A DNA stretch of 63,922 nucleotides, filler included, from Malassezia furfur (GCA_052055015.1; 3 parts of 3 records of this genome joined end to end with filler, not necessarily neighbours in it); one strand, 5' to 3'. Counted from the first letter of the whole stretch, positions 33,938 to 46,579 are shown. The notes: generated by a model from the letters alone, not told the origin. Made by a program: numbers and translations.

Positions 33938-35599
33938 ATGGTTGATCGCGCGGGGTCCGCGGCGCCAGCCTGGCGCCTCCCATCGGTGCAGCTCGTCACC
34001 ATTGAATATCCTGGCGTGGTGAGAGAGACAAAAGAGTCTTTGGAACGTGCACTTTCTACGCTTTCGCCGTACGCTGGACCAGGGAGTCCGTTGCAGAGTG
34101 CGTCCAGCGCACTGGCCCACCTGGCGCACGTCTTGGCTCGCGGAGGGAAATTGATTGAGTGCCGCCTCGCACCGCTCGCTGGGGAGGACGAATCAGGGAG
34201 CTTATATCGGCATCCTGTCCTTGGCGATGTGGTTCCTGGCTACGAGCTCGTCGTACGGCTCCGGAAGCGCGTATGGCAGAGGCGGAACTCCGAGGGACAC
34301 CAAGAGACGCGCAAAACCTATACCCTAACGCTGCTTGGCGCGGTACGATCTACCGTGCGCTTTGTACGCATGACCGACTTTGCATTCAAGCCGGATCTCC
34401 CGGCAGGGTCGACGACGCATCCGACCGAGGCACTGCACCGCGCACTGGTCCAAATGGATGTCAGTGCGCTGCAGCAATTCCGCTTCGCCCCTGAGGCGGA
34501 GCAATACGAAGTGCCGGACGAACGAAATCCAGATGCACTCAGGAGCAACTTGGCTATGATCCCGCCTCCCTTCTTTAGCCGGATGGAGCTGCCGTTCAAC
34601 TACGGGTACCGGCAGAACCCTGCATCGAGTCTGCAGACGGTGTCTTCGGCAAGCACCGCCAAGCGTGCGCGGAAGACGGTGCGCAAAGGACAGGCCGACG
34701 TTGATAATGCCGAGCCAGACGAACGGGTTGTCACGCGCTACCTGAACCGCTCGCGCTGGCGAAACATGGCTCCAGTTGCCGTTAAGTTTGCCCAGACCGA
34801 CGTGGTGCCGACTGGACCAGACGAGGCACTTGTGCGTGTCACTTTTTCCGACAAGCAACAGGCACTCCTGGCACAGCTCGAAGAGGTACGTTGTCCTTTT
34901 CTGACGATAGCACTTTGCCGTCCGCCCTGTATGGTCGCGCCTCAGCCTGCTCAACCAGTTTCGCGCGAGCGATGCGCGCATGTTGGTCCAGTAAGTGAAC
35001 GTCTCACCTCAGAGCCAAGGAACTATTCGCGGTCGCCGCATACACGTTTGCAGATGGTCCGTGGCGAGACACCCTCGTGCGCTTTGGGTACGATCCACGT
35101 AAGGAGCCCGAGAGTCGCTTGTATGTATCCTGCTGACCCAGTTTCCAGCGAATTCATTTGCGCGGCAAAGCACCGCGGAATGTAACGGCGCGCGGCATTT
35201 TCAAAGCCGAGTACGGCGATGTGTTGCAGGGGCCCCGCGAGCCCGAAAGTACACCGGCCTCGGACGTGCGGCCCCCGACGCATATTTTCGATGGGAAGCA
35301 TGCGGCGCTGTCCACCAGCACCTTTCAGCTGTGTGACATTACGGACATCACCATTGTCCCGCTGATCCGTGCCGAGGGAGATGGCAACCTGCGGACTGTG
35401 CCTGACGTACGTGCACACACTCACGCAGAGTACCACTGGCTGGTACTCAGCGCATGCCTGGGAGGCAATCCGCGCTGCAATCTCGCGGCAATTCCATGCA
35501 CTGCTGAGCCAGCTGCCCGCACCCCACGCCGCAGCAGAACGAACGCGTGTCCAGTGGGACGACGTAGACGAGGCGAGTGACTCAAGCGAAAGTACATAG
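33938..35599 (+). CDS. TFC1: TFIIIC subunit Tau95 (Tfc1/Sfc1)
   Basis: IEYPGVV, RFVRMTDF, PPPFFS...PFNYGYRQN, RPPVWSR, GPWRDTLVRFGYDPR, FQLCDITD, TGWY. Introns 34886-34910, 34991-35012, 35121-35141, 35407-35428. Confidence 0.88.
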
Positions 35600-35664
35600 T
35601 GTCAATCCGTTCGTGGTTACAACCCGAAGGCACGCTGCTATGGGTATGAGTACGGACCGACCGT

Positions 35665-36347
35665 CTACTCCTTCGACTCGCTGGCCTTGGCCTCCGCGTC
35701 GGACGTCGGCTTAGCCTCCTCCTTCGTCTCTGGCTTGGCCTCCTCCTTCGTCTCAGCACGCTTGGACTCCTCCTTGGCATCGCCCTTGCCCGCGGACTCG
35801 TTGGATTTTTGCGCGGCCTCAAACTCCTTCTTAAACAGATCCGCGTCTGGGGTTAGTCGGATTCCACCTACTTTCCGAGTTGGCGAAGCGAATCGCAAGC
35901 GTCTCAGCCGCAGGCTCGCCATCCGACACGTCGGCCGTCACATTGTACACCCACGACCGGTCCGAGCCGACGTTCGGCTGAAGCTTGATGTCGGGCGCCA
36001 CAAAGTGGTTCGCACACACCTTAAGCGTCTTGTCGCGGCGCATCACCAGACGGACCTTGCCCGTCTGCTTGTGCTTCAGGAGGCGTACATCACCCGTGCC
36101 ACGCTCCTTCCACTCCTTCGACTCCTTGTCGAAGCGGAACAGCTTCGCGCGACTGGATGAGTCCGGGACACGTACATCTTGAACTGAACATCCTCGTCCT
36201 CCTCGTTCGTCTTCACCTCAACCTGCTGCTCGAGCTTAATCACCGGCTCAAATTGGGGGTCGTGCTCGCCCTCATTGGCGCCCTATGTGTCAATACACCG
36301 CAACATACACCCGTCAGCGTCGTCGGCTTCGTTTCTTGGTCCGCCAT
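35665..36347 (-). CDS. YRB1: Ran-binding protein 1
   Basis: [49 protein letters not shown]. Introns 36283-36308, 36153-36175, 35847-35871. Confidence 0.95.
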
Positions 36348-36465
36348 CGTTCAGAAGATGGAAGTTGGCGGCCGCCAGCGGTGCGGTCACATGACCCAAC
36401 ACGTGAGCCGCGTGGAGCGGCCGCGAGCGTGCGGCGCAGCGGTGGGTGCGACGTGCTTGGACGCC

Positions 36466-37083
36466 ATGTGGATCGCATGGTTGCTGCTGCTGCCGTGCGT
36501 GCTGGCGCACACGATCGACCTGTTGCCTCACACGGAGCACTGCTTCTTTGAGGACATGCACGTCGGAGACGAGATGACGCTCACGTACCAAGTGTCGGGC
36601 GGCGGTCACCTCGACATCGACGTTCGCATTCGTGACCCCGACGGCCAGCTACTGTTCCAGCAGCTGCGCAAAGATACGGGCACGTACGACTTTGTTGCAG
36701 ATGCGGACGGACGGTATACATATTGCTTCAGCAACGAGTTCTCGGCCATTTCCGACAAGACGCTCAGGTATGTCGTCTTCGCTCACGCAGCTTCAATGTG
36801 CACGGCATTCTGTATCTCACAGAGGAAGAGGGTCTGATTCCGGCTGAGCGCGAACTGCGCGATCTGGCAACAAACGTTCAGCTGTTCAAGGATGAGCAAG
36901 AGTATCTCGTGATGCGTGAGCGTGTGCACCGCAACACCGCCGAAAGCACCAACTCACGGGTCAAGTGGTGGTCCATCGTCCAGACCGTCCTGATTGTGGC
37001 CGTGTGTGCCTTCCAGGTGTACTTTGTCAAGCGGTATGTGTGCGCGCTGACACAGGCAATTCGAAGTTCGACGGACTATCTAG
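36466..37083 (+). CDS. EMP24: p24 family COPII cargo receptor (beta type)
   Basis: Signal peptide, CFFED, GRYTYCFSN, RERVHRNTAESTNSRVKWWS, FEVRRTI tail. Introns 36768-36790 and 37034-37055. Confidence 0.93.
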
Positions 37084-37107
37084 CATACCCCACGCCCTCA
37101 GACGTGT

Positions 37108-38238
37108 CTAAAATCCATAGCGTTTGCTTGCTTCACGACGTTTTGCCTTGCCTTGCGACCAGCGCTCCTCGAGCGTGTCGCGTGTCTCCACGGCATGCAT
37201 GAGCAGAGATGAGAGCTGCCCACGGTTGCGCGCACGCATGTTGGTCAGACGCTCCGATTGCAGCTTCTCGGAAATGTTCCACTCCACCTTGGGCTTTTTG
37301 TTGGCAGGCAGTGCCGCCTGGCTCGGTGGCGCATTGCGCAGCTCTGCGGCTGCATCGAACGTGGCCAGTTGCGATGCCTCGGGTACCACATCGGATTTGG
37401 AACGGAAGGCCGCCTGAGCTTGCGCCTCGGCCTCGGCCTGTGCCGCCCAGGCCGCATAGGCCGCGTGCGCTTCAGGTGTCACGGGATACCATGAACCGTC
37501 CGGGTCCTGGCGCCAGCCGGGATACAAGGCTGCCACATCAACCTCGGGCTCCGGCTCAGAGTCGCGGCCAGAGGAGCTAGTCGCGACGTCAGGCGCCGCC
37601 GAGATGCGGAATTTCGCAGCCGTCGACGTGGTAGGTTGTTCGTTTGTGGACGGCGTCAGTGCGCTCGTAGATGGGGTATCTGTGGGTATCATGGAGGCAG
37701 GCGCCACAGGAGAAGCGGTCTCGATGACCTTGGGCTTGGTCCTTTCCGGCTGCGGCGCTTTGGGCGCCAGACCAAGCATGGCGCGGAAATCGTCGTTGCC
37801 CTTGGCCGCGCCGGTATCCTGTGTATCAACAAGGGCGATACGAGCGTCATCGTCGACGGCATTCTCAGGACGCGACTCGTCGGTGGATGGCTTAACGATG
37901 GATTTGTTCGATTTTGGCGCCGGCAGCATGCCAAGCAGGCCATGCGGGCCCTCGCTGCGTTCCATCCGTGGTCGTTTCGGCGCCTCAATTTCGTCTGCAT
38001 CAGTGTGTGCAGGCTCCAACTCGACGTGAATCCGACGTTTTGCCGTGCTTGTCCCTGCCTTGGGCGGAGGCAGCGCCAGCCCCGAGGCGCGAGGCGGCGC
38101 GCGAGGCAGCTCGGGCTCCTGCGAGGCACGAGCACCGGGTTCCGAAGCCACTGTCGGCGGCTGAGCCGCCGAGGCAGTCAGCTGCGGCTCGTCTTCGTCC
38201 GAGTCCGACGCGTAGGCAGCCACGAGGGAGGGCGCCAT
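37108..38238 (-). CDS. PRCC-family protein
   Basis: MAPSLVAAYASDSDED N-terminus and C-terminal GQLSSLL...LEERW...RREASKRYGF. Confidence 0.8.
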   Translation of the reverse strand: MAPSLVAAYASDSDEDEPQLTASAAQPPTVASEPGARASQEPELPRAPPRASGLALPPPKAGTSTAKRRIHVELEPAHTDADEIEAPKRPRMERSEGPHGLLGMLPAPKSNKSIVKPSTDESRPENAVDDDARIALVDTQDTGAAKGNDDFRAMLGLAPKAPQPERTKPKVIETASPVAPASMIPTDTPSTSALTPSTNEQPTTSTAAKFRISAAPDVATSSSGRDSEPEPEVDVAALYPGWRQDPDGSWYPVTPEAHAAYAAWAAQAEAEAQAQAAFRSKSDVVPEASQLATFDAAAELRNAPPSQAALPANKKPKVEWNISEKLQSERLTNMRARNRGQLSSLLMHAVETRDTLEERWSQGKAKRREASKRYGF

Positions 38239-38470
38239 CGTGCACGTTGACCACCTCTTGACTGCGAGGCGCTTGGCACCTTAGTCAGCGAATGTGCGCC
38301 AGAGCCAATCGGCGTATGCCAAAATAGGGTGACTCGCACAAAATTTGTCCGACGTCGGTGTTAACGGCGACGAGCACCTTGGTCGTTGCCACACGTCTGC
38401 ATTTGGTGTCGGACTTACCCACGGCACAGGAGATTGTTTTGGCAAGAAGCATACGTTGCCAACCATCGTG

Positions 38471-39449
38471 ATGGCGACTACGTCGGGTGTGCAAGAGCGC
38501 ACACTCCTTGTGAGCTGCATGGACGCAGCGCGCAGCGGCCAGTACCAAGAGGCCGTTCAAAAGTACGAGGGCCTCAGCTCGCTGTTTGAGACCGAGATGG
38601 TGGACCGCATTACTGATATGGGTATGTTTGCCAAACTCATTTGAAGCGTACACACCGCCCGCTGCAGCATTTGATGTGGCGTACGTGCTGGTCCCGTACG
38701 AGGGCGTCGCGTGGTCGACATTGCTCCCTAAGTTGCACACGGCGCTGGCGCCGGGCGCCAAGCTGCAGGTCACGCTCATTGACGCCGTCGAGGAAATGGG
38801 CGCGGCGAACAAGCTGCAGGCCGAGCTGACAATCGCCGGCTTTGCCGACGCTGCGGCTGAGGGGGCGTCGCGTGTGGTGCTTACGGCGCAGAGGCCTGCG
38901 ACGGCCGCCGTGACGACCGATGCATCCACCGCGGCGGGTACGAGCAGTGCGCTGCCGCTGCGGCGCAAGCAGGCGAACGGCACTGGGAATGGGGCCACGT
39001 CGAAAAAGGCGCTGTGGGCGACGCAGCCCGAGACGCAGATCAGCGAAGAGGCCCTCATGGCCGGCGCTGCGATGGGTCCGCGCAAGCGCGAGGACTGCAC
39101 CGTGGACCTGACTGCGCCACCAGCGCGCCGGAAGCGCGCCTGCAAGGGATGCACGTGTGGGCTGCGCGAGCTCGAGGAAGAGGAGGAGCGGACCGGGGGC
39201 ATTGTCAAACTACAGGAAGGTGACCTGGGCGGCCAGCGCACCGAGACTGAGACAACGGTGTTGGGCCCTGACGGGCAGCCACGCACAGTAAAAAAAGTGC
39301 AAGTGGACACGCGAGGCGCCACGAGCAGCTGTGGGAGCTGCTTCCTGGGCGACGCGTTCCGCTGCAGCACGTGCCCCTACCTGGGCCTGCCGGCGTTTGA
39401 GCCTGGACAAAAGGTGGAGATTCCCATCTCGATGGACGATGACTTGTAG
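38471..39449 (+). CDS. DRE2: Fe-S cluster assembly protein Dre2/anamorsin
   Basis: C...[12 protein letters not shown] and [25 protein letters not shown]. Intron 38622-38646. Confidence 0.95.
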
Positions 39450-39710
39450 CGCAGCACGCAGTGCGTGTGGTGTCGACTGCGTCGACGTGCATGCAGGGCA
39501 CGGCGAGTCCGCCAAGGTCCCACCGGAGTGATAGAGACCTGCAAGAATTTGTACAGTGCTTGCATCCCTTATTGCGATTGGCTGTGAATTATCAGCGCTC
39601 CACATGGGCGCGCGGTCGAGCTGTGGAGCAGGAGTCCCGCGAAAAGAGGGTGGGCGTGCGCCTGGCACGGGTTTTCTGCACACCTTGGTTAGGTAGTGTG
39701 CTCCGACACC

Positions 39711-41471
39711 ATGCCTGCCGCACAGAATGAACGTACCCCCCTTCTGGGGAACAACGCCCAGGCGTCTTCCTCGAACACCGCCGAGGACACCGCGGTGCTG
39801 GCGCACGAGAGCGCGTTTAGCGCAATCCAGGGCGCCGAGCACGGTGTGGACCCTAACTCGTCCGCCTTTTTGCCCCCGCCGGACCGCTCGCAGCTCAATG
39901 TGACGCCCGGTGAGGCGGTGGCGGAGGCCGAGCACGGTCGCCCGCTTGGCATGCTGCTGCTCGTGATGGGTGCCATGTGGATCGGCACGTTCCTGGCCGC
40001 CCTGGACGGCACGATCGTCGCGACGATTCTCGGCACCGTCGGCTCCGAGTTTGGCGTGTCCAAGACAGTTGGCTGGCTCGGAACGTCGTACCTGCTGACG
40101 CAGACCGCGTTCCAGCCGCTGTACGGCCGTCTTTCGGACATCTTTGGCCGCAAGCCCGCGACGCTGTTTGCCTCGAGCGTGTTCCTGGTCGGCTCGCTGT
40201 TCTGCGGTCTCTCGCGCAGTTTCACGCAGCTGTGCGTGGCGCGTGCAATTGCCGGTATTGGTGGCGGTGGCCTGACGTCGATGGCGACGATCGTCACGTC
40301 GGACCTCGTCAGTCTCAAGGCCCGTGGCACCTGGCAGGGCCTGGGCAACCTCGTGTTTGCAACGGGTGCTGCGATCGGTGGTCCGCTCGGTGGTGCGCTT
40401 GCCGACGGTGGCATCGGCTGGCGCTGGGCATTCCTGGTGCAGGTGCCGCTGTGCATGATCCACTTTGGTATGGTCTCGTGGAAGATCAACATCCCTGCCG
40501 GCCCCGGCAGCGTTTCGGAGAAGCTGCGCCGCGTCGACGTGTGGGGTGCGCTGTCGCTCGTCAGCTCGGTGGCGCTCGTGCTCGTTGGTCTGAACCTGGG
40601 CGGCAACGAGCTGCCGTGGGGCCACCCTGCGGTGCTTGGCTCGCTGATCGGCGGTCTGCTGCTGGGCTGCGCGTTTGTGTACGTGGAGAAGAACGTGGCG
40701 CGTGAGCCGCTGATGCCGATGTCGGTGCTGTTCAACCGCACGCCCGGCTTTGTGTCGCTTGCGTGCTGGTTCATCAGCATCAGCCAGTTTGGTATTCTGT
40801 TCAACGTGCCGCTTTACTTCACCGCGGTCGCCGGCACCTCGGCGTCCCGCGCCGGCATGCACCTCATCCCCAATGCCGTGACGGCCAGCGCATGCTCGCT
40901 CGGCAGTGGCCTGATCATGGGCCGTACTGGCAAGTACCGCAAGATGATGCTCGCGGCCGGCTCGCTTGCCGTGCTGGGCCCGCTTGGCATGTGCATGTGG
41001 AACCCGAAGCGCACCTCCGAGTTTGCCTACTGGTTCACCATGCCCTGGGGCGGTGCGGCGTTTGGCAGTATCCTCACCATTACGCTCGTGGCGCTGATTG
41101 CTTCGGTTGACCCCAAGGACATGGCGCCCGCGACGGGTGTCACCTACCTGTTCCGTGCCGTGGGTTCGGTGCTGGGTATCTCGCTGTCCAACACGCTGCT
41201 GCAGAACTCGCTCAAGGCGAACCTGCGCTACCGCCACGTCCCTGCGGAGATCGCCGAGCAGATCCGCGACAATGTGGGCTTCCTCCACCAGCTCACGGGC
41301 AAGCTGCACAAGCACGCCGTGCAGGCCTACCAGGACTCGATGCACGCCGTGTTTGTGTGGATCGCAGTGACCGGTTTCCTGGCGTTTGTGTGCCTCTTCT
41401 TCATTGAGGAGAAGCCGCTGCCGGGCCACCAGCCCGCCGCGCGCCCCCAGCGCGACAATGCTGAGGACTAA
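39711..41471 (+). CDS. 14-TM MFS transporter (DHA2/Vba-like)
   Basis: ERTPLL sorting-like motif, FLAALDGTIV, QPLYGRLSDIFGRK, GGPLGG, WRWAF. Confidence 0.92.
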   Translation: MPAAQNERTPLLGNNAQASSSNTAEDTAVLAHESAFSAIQGAEHGVDPNSSAFLPPPDRSQLNVTPGEAVAEAEHGRPLGMLLLVMGAMWIGTFLAALDGTIVATILGTVGSEFGVSKTVGWLGTSYLLTQTAFQPLYGRLSDIFGRKPATLFASSVFLVGSLFCGLSRSFTQLCVARAIAGIGGGGLTSMATIVTSDLVSLKARGTWQGLGNLVFATGAAIGGPLGGALADGGIGWRWAFLVQVPLCMIHFGMVSWKINIPAGPGSVSEKLRRVDVWGALSLVSSVALVLVGLNLGGNELPWGHPAVLGSLIGGLLLGCAFVYVEKNVAREPLMPMSVLFNRTPGFVSLACWFISISQFGILFNVPLYFTAVAGTSASRAGMHLIPNAVTASACSLGSGLIMGRTGKYRKMMLAAGSLAVLGPLGMCMWNPKRTSEFAYWFTMPWGGAAFGSILTITLVALIASVDPKDMAPATGVTYLFRAVGSVLGISLSNTLLQNSLKANLRYRHVPAEIAEQIRDNVGFLHQLTGKLHKHAVQAYQDSMHAVFVWIAVTGFLAFVCLFFIEEKPLPGHQPAARPQRDNAED

Positions 41472-41681
41472 ATGCACACGGACACCACGTGTATGTCATC
41501 GCAGGCATGCATGCCGTCTCGTTTGTAGGTTTCTACCGTACCCAACCAAGGTCGTGTGTGACCGGACACAGGCGCCCCGCGCCGAACGCCGCCCACCGCC
41601 CGCCGCCTGCCCCCCGCTGCGCGCGCCATAGGCCTCCACATTCTTGTGCCTCCGCCCGACAGCGCCGGCGATCCAACGTGG

Positions 41682-44152
41682 ATGGCTCCCAGAGCGTTCG
41701 ACGGCGCGGGCGGGCACCGCGGACATCCGCATGCACACGCGCAGCAACCTACACGTCCGCGGCTCGTGCTCGATGCGACGTCGATAGACGCAGCCGACCG
41801 AGCGTGGCCGTCGCACCGGCGCACACGCCCGCGGTCTGACTCGCAGCGCAGCGATGCGTCCGATAGCGCCGACGATACACCGCGCAGCGGCGAGTATGCG
41901 TCATCTTCGGGCATCTTTGAGCTGGAGACAGATGCGCTAAGTACAAGCGCGAGCGGATCAGACTACGACGAACCGAGTACACCGCTGCAGGGCGCCCGTC
42001 GTGTGCCGTCCGCAGCCGGCAGCGCATCGGCGCGCGCGCGCGTCCCGCCGAGCATGCAGACAGCACGCTCTGTGCGTATGACACGCACAGATGCCGGTGT
42101 GCTGGCGCAGCCCGGTGCCTCGCCGAGCTGGCAAACGCCTGGCGGGCGTAGTTTCCGCTCGTCGCTCCAAAGCACCACGCCGTCGTTCTCGAGTCCGCTG
42201 GCGCTTGCGCCTACACTCCCCGACGACGTGCATGCTGATTCTTCGTCGAGCCGCCTACTCCAGGACACCCACGATGCACCGGGCGCACGGAACGTCCACG
42301 CCGGAGCGGTGCCGATGCGTGCGGGCCCCAAATCGGCATCTGCGGCGCTGTCGCAATCCATGTCGCCATCCATGCCCGCGCGAGTGCCATTTGTGCGCTC
42401 GTACAGTGGGGGGCGCCGCACGACGCCACCCGGCGCCATGGGCCCACCGTCGGTGCCGCGTCATGTGCACGGCGGCTCGCGTGAGGGGCGCAACGTATCC
42501 TACTCGCCCGCGCGCTCCGATACGCGCATGCACACCCCCACAATCCACCGGCGCGCACACTCAACGACTGCAGCAAGTCTGAGCAGTGGTATTCTGTGCA
42601 GCTCGCCAGTGGGCGGCGTCGACGGCGTCGACCCCCACCTGGTTGCGGCGATCAGCGACGCCCGGCGCGGCGTGCGGCAGGGCCCGTCGCTCGAGCCACC
42701 GATCGCCGAGTCGCCTTCGTCGGCACTTGCGGCCTCCGATTCGACCGGCCCCGAGCTATCGCTCTCGCCACCGCCTCAGGATTTGGCGCACCGCCTCGAG
42801 ACGCTCGTCCTCGATTCGCCCGGCGCGAGCCCAGCGCCACGGCGCGGCGAGGGACTGCGTCTGCAGCGCGTGCCGCGCTCGGTCGCGATGGCAAACAACA
42901 TGGTCTCGTCGCAGCCACGCAGCCGCTCACGGCGCAGTTCACAGCTCACGTCACCGCAACCGTCGCCCACCGAGGGCTCCCACATGGCGATGAGCCAGCC
43001 GGCGCTGGGCCTCGGCCTTGGCCTCGGCCTGCCCAGCCTGGACATCCGTGCATCACGATCCGACGCCGACGTGTCGCAGGTGTCCGCGGTGTCACCCGCC
43101 GAGCCAGCCGATGCCGCGCACCTCGACACCGAGGCGTGCACATTGGCAGTGGCACGCGCGCACAAGATGCAGCACTGGCGGCACACGTCGGCGGCGTGGC
43201 CGAGCTGGACCGAGGCGCTGCGCACTGTAGCACCGTCCGGCGTCGTACAGCGCGCCGTGGCGCACGCGCGCGCGGTGCATGTGCAGAGCAAGCGCGTGGA
43301 CAAAAACATGCCGAGCTACGTACGGCTGGCGAGCGGCATGCGTGTCGCGGCAAGTATGCCCTCGCTGCGTGCCGCGCTGGAAGAAACGGCGTGGGCGGTG
43401 GCGCCCACGGCAGATGCGCCCGCACCGCCCACGCACCGCACCAACGAGCACGACGTGTTTGGCGTGCGGCGCGGCGTGCACGACGCGCCAGTGCCGCGCA
43501 GCACGCGCATCGTGAGTGACCGCGTGGCCGGCGCACCCAAGTCGGCCGCCGGCGCCCGGCGGCAAAACACCACCATGTCCATCGACGACACGGTCGCCTC
43601 GCAGCGGCGGCAGCTCTGGAACGAGGTGGTGCAGGCCAAGAGCATGTGTGATGCTGAGCTCGCCAAGATCCTCGAGGCCTTGCTCGAGTATACGGAGCAC
43701 GTCGCAAGCATCAACGAGCACTCGCCGGACACCACCGTTCAGGTCGCCGACGACGAGGGGGGCATGCCGCTGCTGGACGTGCCTGACAACGAGACGCGCC
43801 CCAGCGACGCATCGCTCGAGCCGCTGTTTACGATTGCCTCGGTCGCCACCTAGCTTCGCGGAATGTCGCTGCATGCACTGCTCGCGCGCCCCGGACTGTG
43901 CCGGCCGTATGTGAACGAGATCCAGGCACTCGGCACGGTGTGGGACGAGCATCCGGACTGGCACGGGCGGGGGTGGTACGTCGAGCTGCTGCTCACCGTC
44001 GCGATGCTCAGCCGTGTGCTCGAGTGGTGGGACGCCGAGCACCGGTTCTGGAGCGATGACCCCCGAGCGCCGGTGCGTGCGGCGGCGGAGGAGGCATCGT
44101 CTGCGCGCTGGCTGCACGGCGCGGCGGTGCGAGGTGCTGAGACGGGCGAGGC
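41682..44152 (+). CDS. N-terminal part of a Rim15/Cek1-like kinase; in-frame TAG at 43851, truncated by gap
   Basis: Ser-rich N-terminus, AKSMCDAELAKI and WDEHPDWHGRGWYVELLLTVAMLSRVLEWW, recalled from basidiomycete Rim15-like proteins. The kinase domain is not in the window and the start is uncertain. Confidence 0.55.
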
Positions 44153-44252
44153 NNNNNNNNNNNNNNNNNNNNNNNNNNNNNNNNNNNNNNNNNNNNTTAA
44201 TTAATTAANNNNNNNNNNNNNNNNNNNNNNNNNNNNNNNNNNNNNNNNNNNN
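44153..44252. other. Artificial contig-join spacer (N44-TTAATTAATTAA-N44)
   Basis: Same 100-nt linker as at 22067-22166. Confidence 0.97.
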
Positions 44253-45680
44253 TGCGCCGGACGCGCCACCCAAGCGGCAGGACGCGGCATCGCAGACGCC
44301 GCGGCACGAGTCGCCGCCGCGCCCCAAATCGGAGCCGACGCCGACGCCCGCGGACGACGCCGAAGACGCCGCGCGCCGACGCAAGAAGGCCAAGCGCGGC
44401 AACCACACGCCCACGGCCTCACGTAGCAGCACGACGCCGACGCTAAGCGCCGCGCATGCGCAGGAGAACGACGCGCAGCTTACGCTGCTCGCCGGCCACG
44501 CCGCCGAGGTGTTTGTCGCCGACTGGAATCCCACCGTACCGAGCCTGCTCGCGACGGGCGCGGGCGATGCCACCGTGCGCATCTGGGACCTGAACACGCC
44601 ACACGACGCGCCCGCCGTGTGCAAGCACCTTCCCCCCACGCACGCCAAGAACGTGTCCACCGTCGCGTGGAACGCCGATGGGACCCTGCTTGCGTCCAGC
44701 TCGTACGACGGCATCCTGCGGCTCTGGACACCGCAGGGCGACTTGCACCTCGTCATGTCGATGCACCAGGGGCCTATCTATGCCGTGCGCTGGAACGCAC
44801 AGGGCAACTACCTGCTCACGGGCAGCGGCGACGGCTCGGCGATCGTGTGGGACGTCGGCAGTGGACGCACGCGCCAGCAGTTTGCACTTCACTCGGACAA
44901 TGTGCTGGACGTGCAGTGGATCACGGGCGCATTTGGGCAGCCGCACGACGCGCCGCGCGTCACGCACGCCAACGCCTCGCTTGCCGACGCGTTGTTTGCG
45001 ACGTGCGGCGCCGACAACAGCGTGCACGTGTGCAAGTTGGGCGAGCCCAAGCCCGTCATCACGCTCACGGGCCACACGGACGAGGTGAATGCACTGCGCG
45101 TCGACCCGTCGCAGACGCTGCTGGCCACCGCGTCCGACGACCATACGGCCCGGATCTGGCCGATCCAGGTGCCCGGCGTCGGTGCGCCCGGCACCGAGCC
45201 GGCGCGGCGCGAGCCGCTCGTGCTCACGGGCCACACCAAGGAGCTGTACGCGCTCGCCTGGGCGCCTACCGGCCCGCACTCGGCGCACGCCAACCAGCCG
45301 CGCATGCTGGCGACGTGCAGCTTTGACCACACTGCGCGGCTCTGGGATGCGGACACGGGTACATGCCTACGGATCATTGAGCAGCACGAGCAGAGCGTGT
45401 ACGCCGTGTGCTTTAGCCCGTGCGCACGCTACGTGGCAACGGGCGGTATGGACGCCAAAGTGCTGGTCACGCGGATTACGGTACGTCTACGAAGTGTGCT
45501 AACGGACAGGATGGCCAGATTGTGTACGAGTACGACGCGGGCGGTGCGGTGCTCGATCTGGCGTGGAGCGTTGCGCCGGCGCCCACGAGCGCGCCCGATG
45601 CGCCGCGTGCCGTGCAGCGCCTGGCCGTTTCCCAGGCCGACAAGCACGTGGGCGTGGTCGACCTCACGGCGTCGCTGTAG
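44253..45680 (+). CDS. TBL1/Sif2-like WD40 protein, 5'-truncated by gap
   Basis: GHAAEVFVADWNP, GAGDATVRIW, HQGPIYAVRWN, VLDVQW, GHTDEVNA, SDDHTARIW, WAPTGP. Intron 45481-45509. Confidence 0.88.
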
Positions 45681-45879
45681 CACGTGTAGATTATCACGTG
45701 CATTGGTAGACAGTTTTACGGAATCACGTGGGTGCAGCGCTCGAGACACGCTCGCGGCGGCGTCTTCTGTCGCACCTCACCACCGCACGCACTCTGACTG
45801 GTAGACGTCACCAGCTGCGTACTCTGCACCCCTACAGAAAAGCGTTCTTCAACACTTTCTGTACTTTCATCTGATCAAT

Positions 45880-46579
45880 ATGGCCAAGGCTGTTGGTGTT
45901 CCCAGTACGTATCGCTGTGCGGCGCCCGAGAACGATGCTGACCATGCGCAGAGGATATTGCTGCCATCTCGCTTCCCGAGGCTGGCTCTGTGCGTCTCTT
46001 CGGCAAGTGGGACACGCAGGACATTGAGGTGAAGGACATCTCGCTGACCGGTACGTTTTCGCACAGCGCGCTTATACAGACTACATCTCGCTCCGCAATG
46101 CCGTCTACACGCCGCACACCGCGGGCCGCTACGCCTCGAAGCAGTTCCGCAAGGCGCAGATGCCCATTGTTGAGCGGTTGGTCAACGACCTGATGTTCCA
46201 CGGCCGCAACAACGGCAAGAAGCTCATGGCCGTCCGCATCGTTGCGCACGCCTTTGAGATCATCCACCTCCTCACGGACGCGAACCCGATCCAGATCCTC
46301 GTCGACGCCATCATCAACACGGGCCCCCGCGAGGACTCGACCCGTATCGGCTCGCAGGGCACTGTCCGTCGCCAGGCCGTCGATGTGTCGCCGCTCCGCC
46401 GCGTGAACCAGAGCATTTCGCTCCTCACCACCGGCACCCGTGAGTCGGCGTTCCGCAACGTGAAGAGCATTGCCGAGTGCCTTGCGGATGAGCTGATCAA
46501 CGCCGCCAAGGGCTCGTCCAACTCGTACGCCATCAAGAAGAAGGACGAGCTGGAGCGTGTCGCCAAGTCGAACCGTTAA
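45880..46579 (+). CDS. RPS5: 40S ribosomal protein S5 (uS7)
   Basis: [32 protein letters not shown]. Introns 45905-45951 and 46051-46079. Confidence 0.97.
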
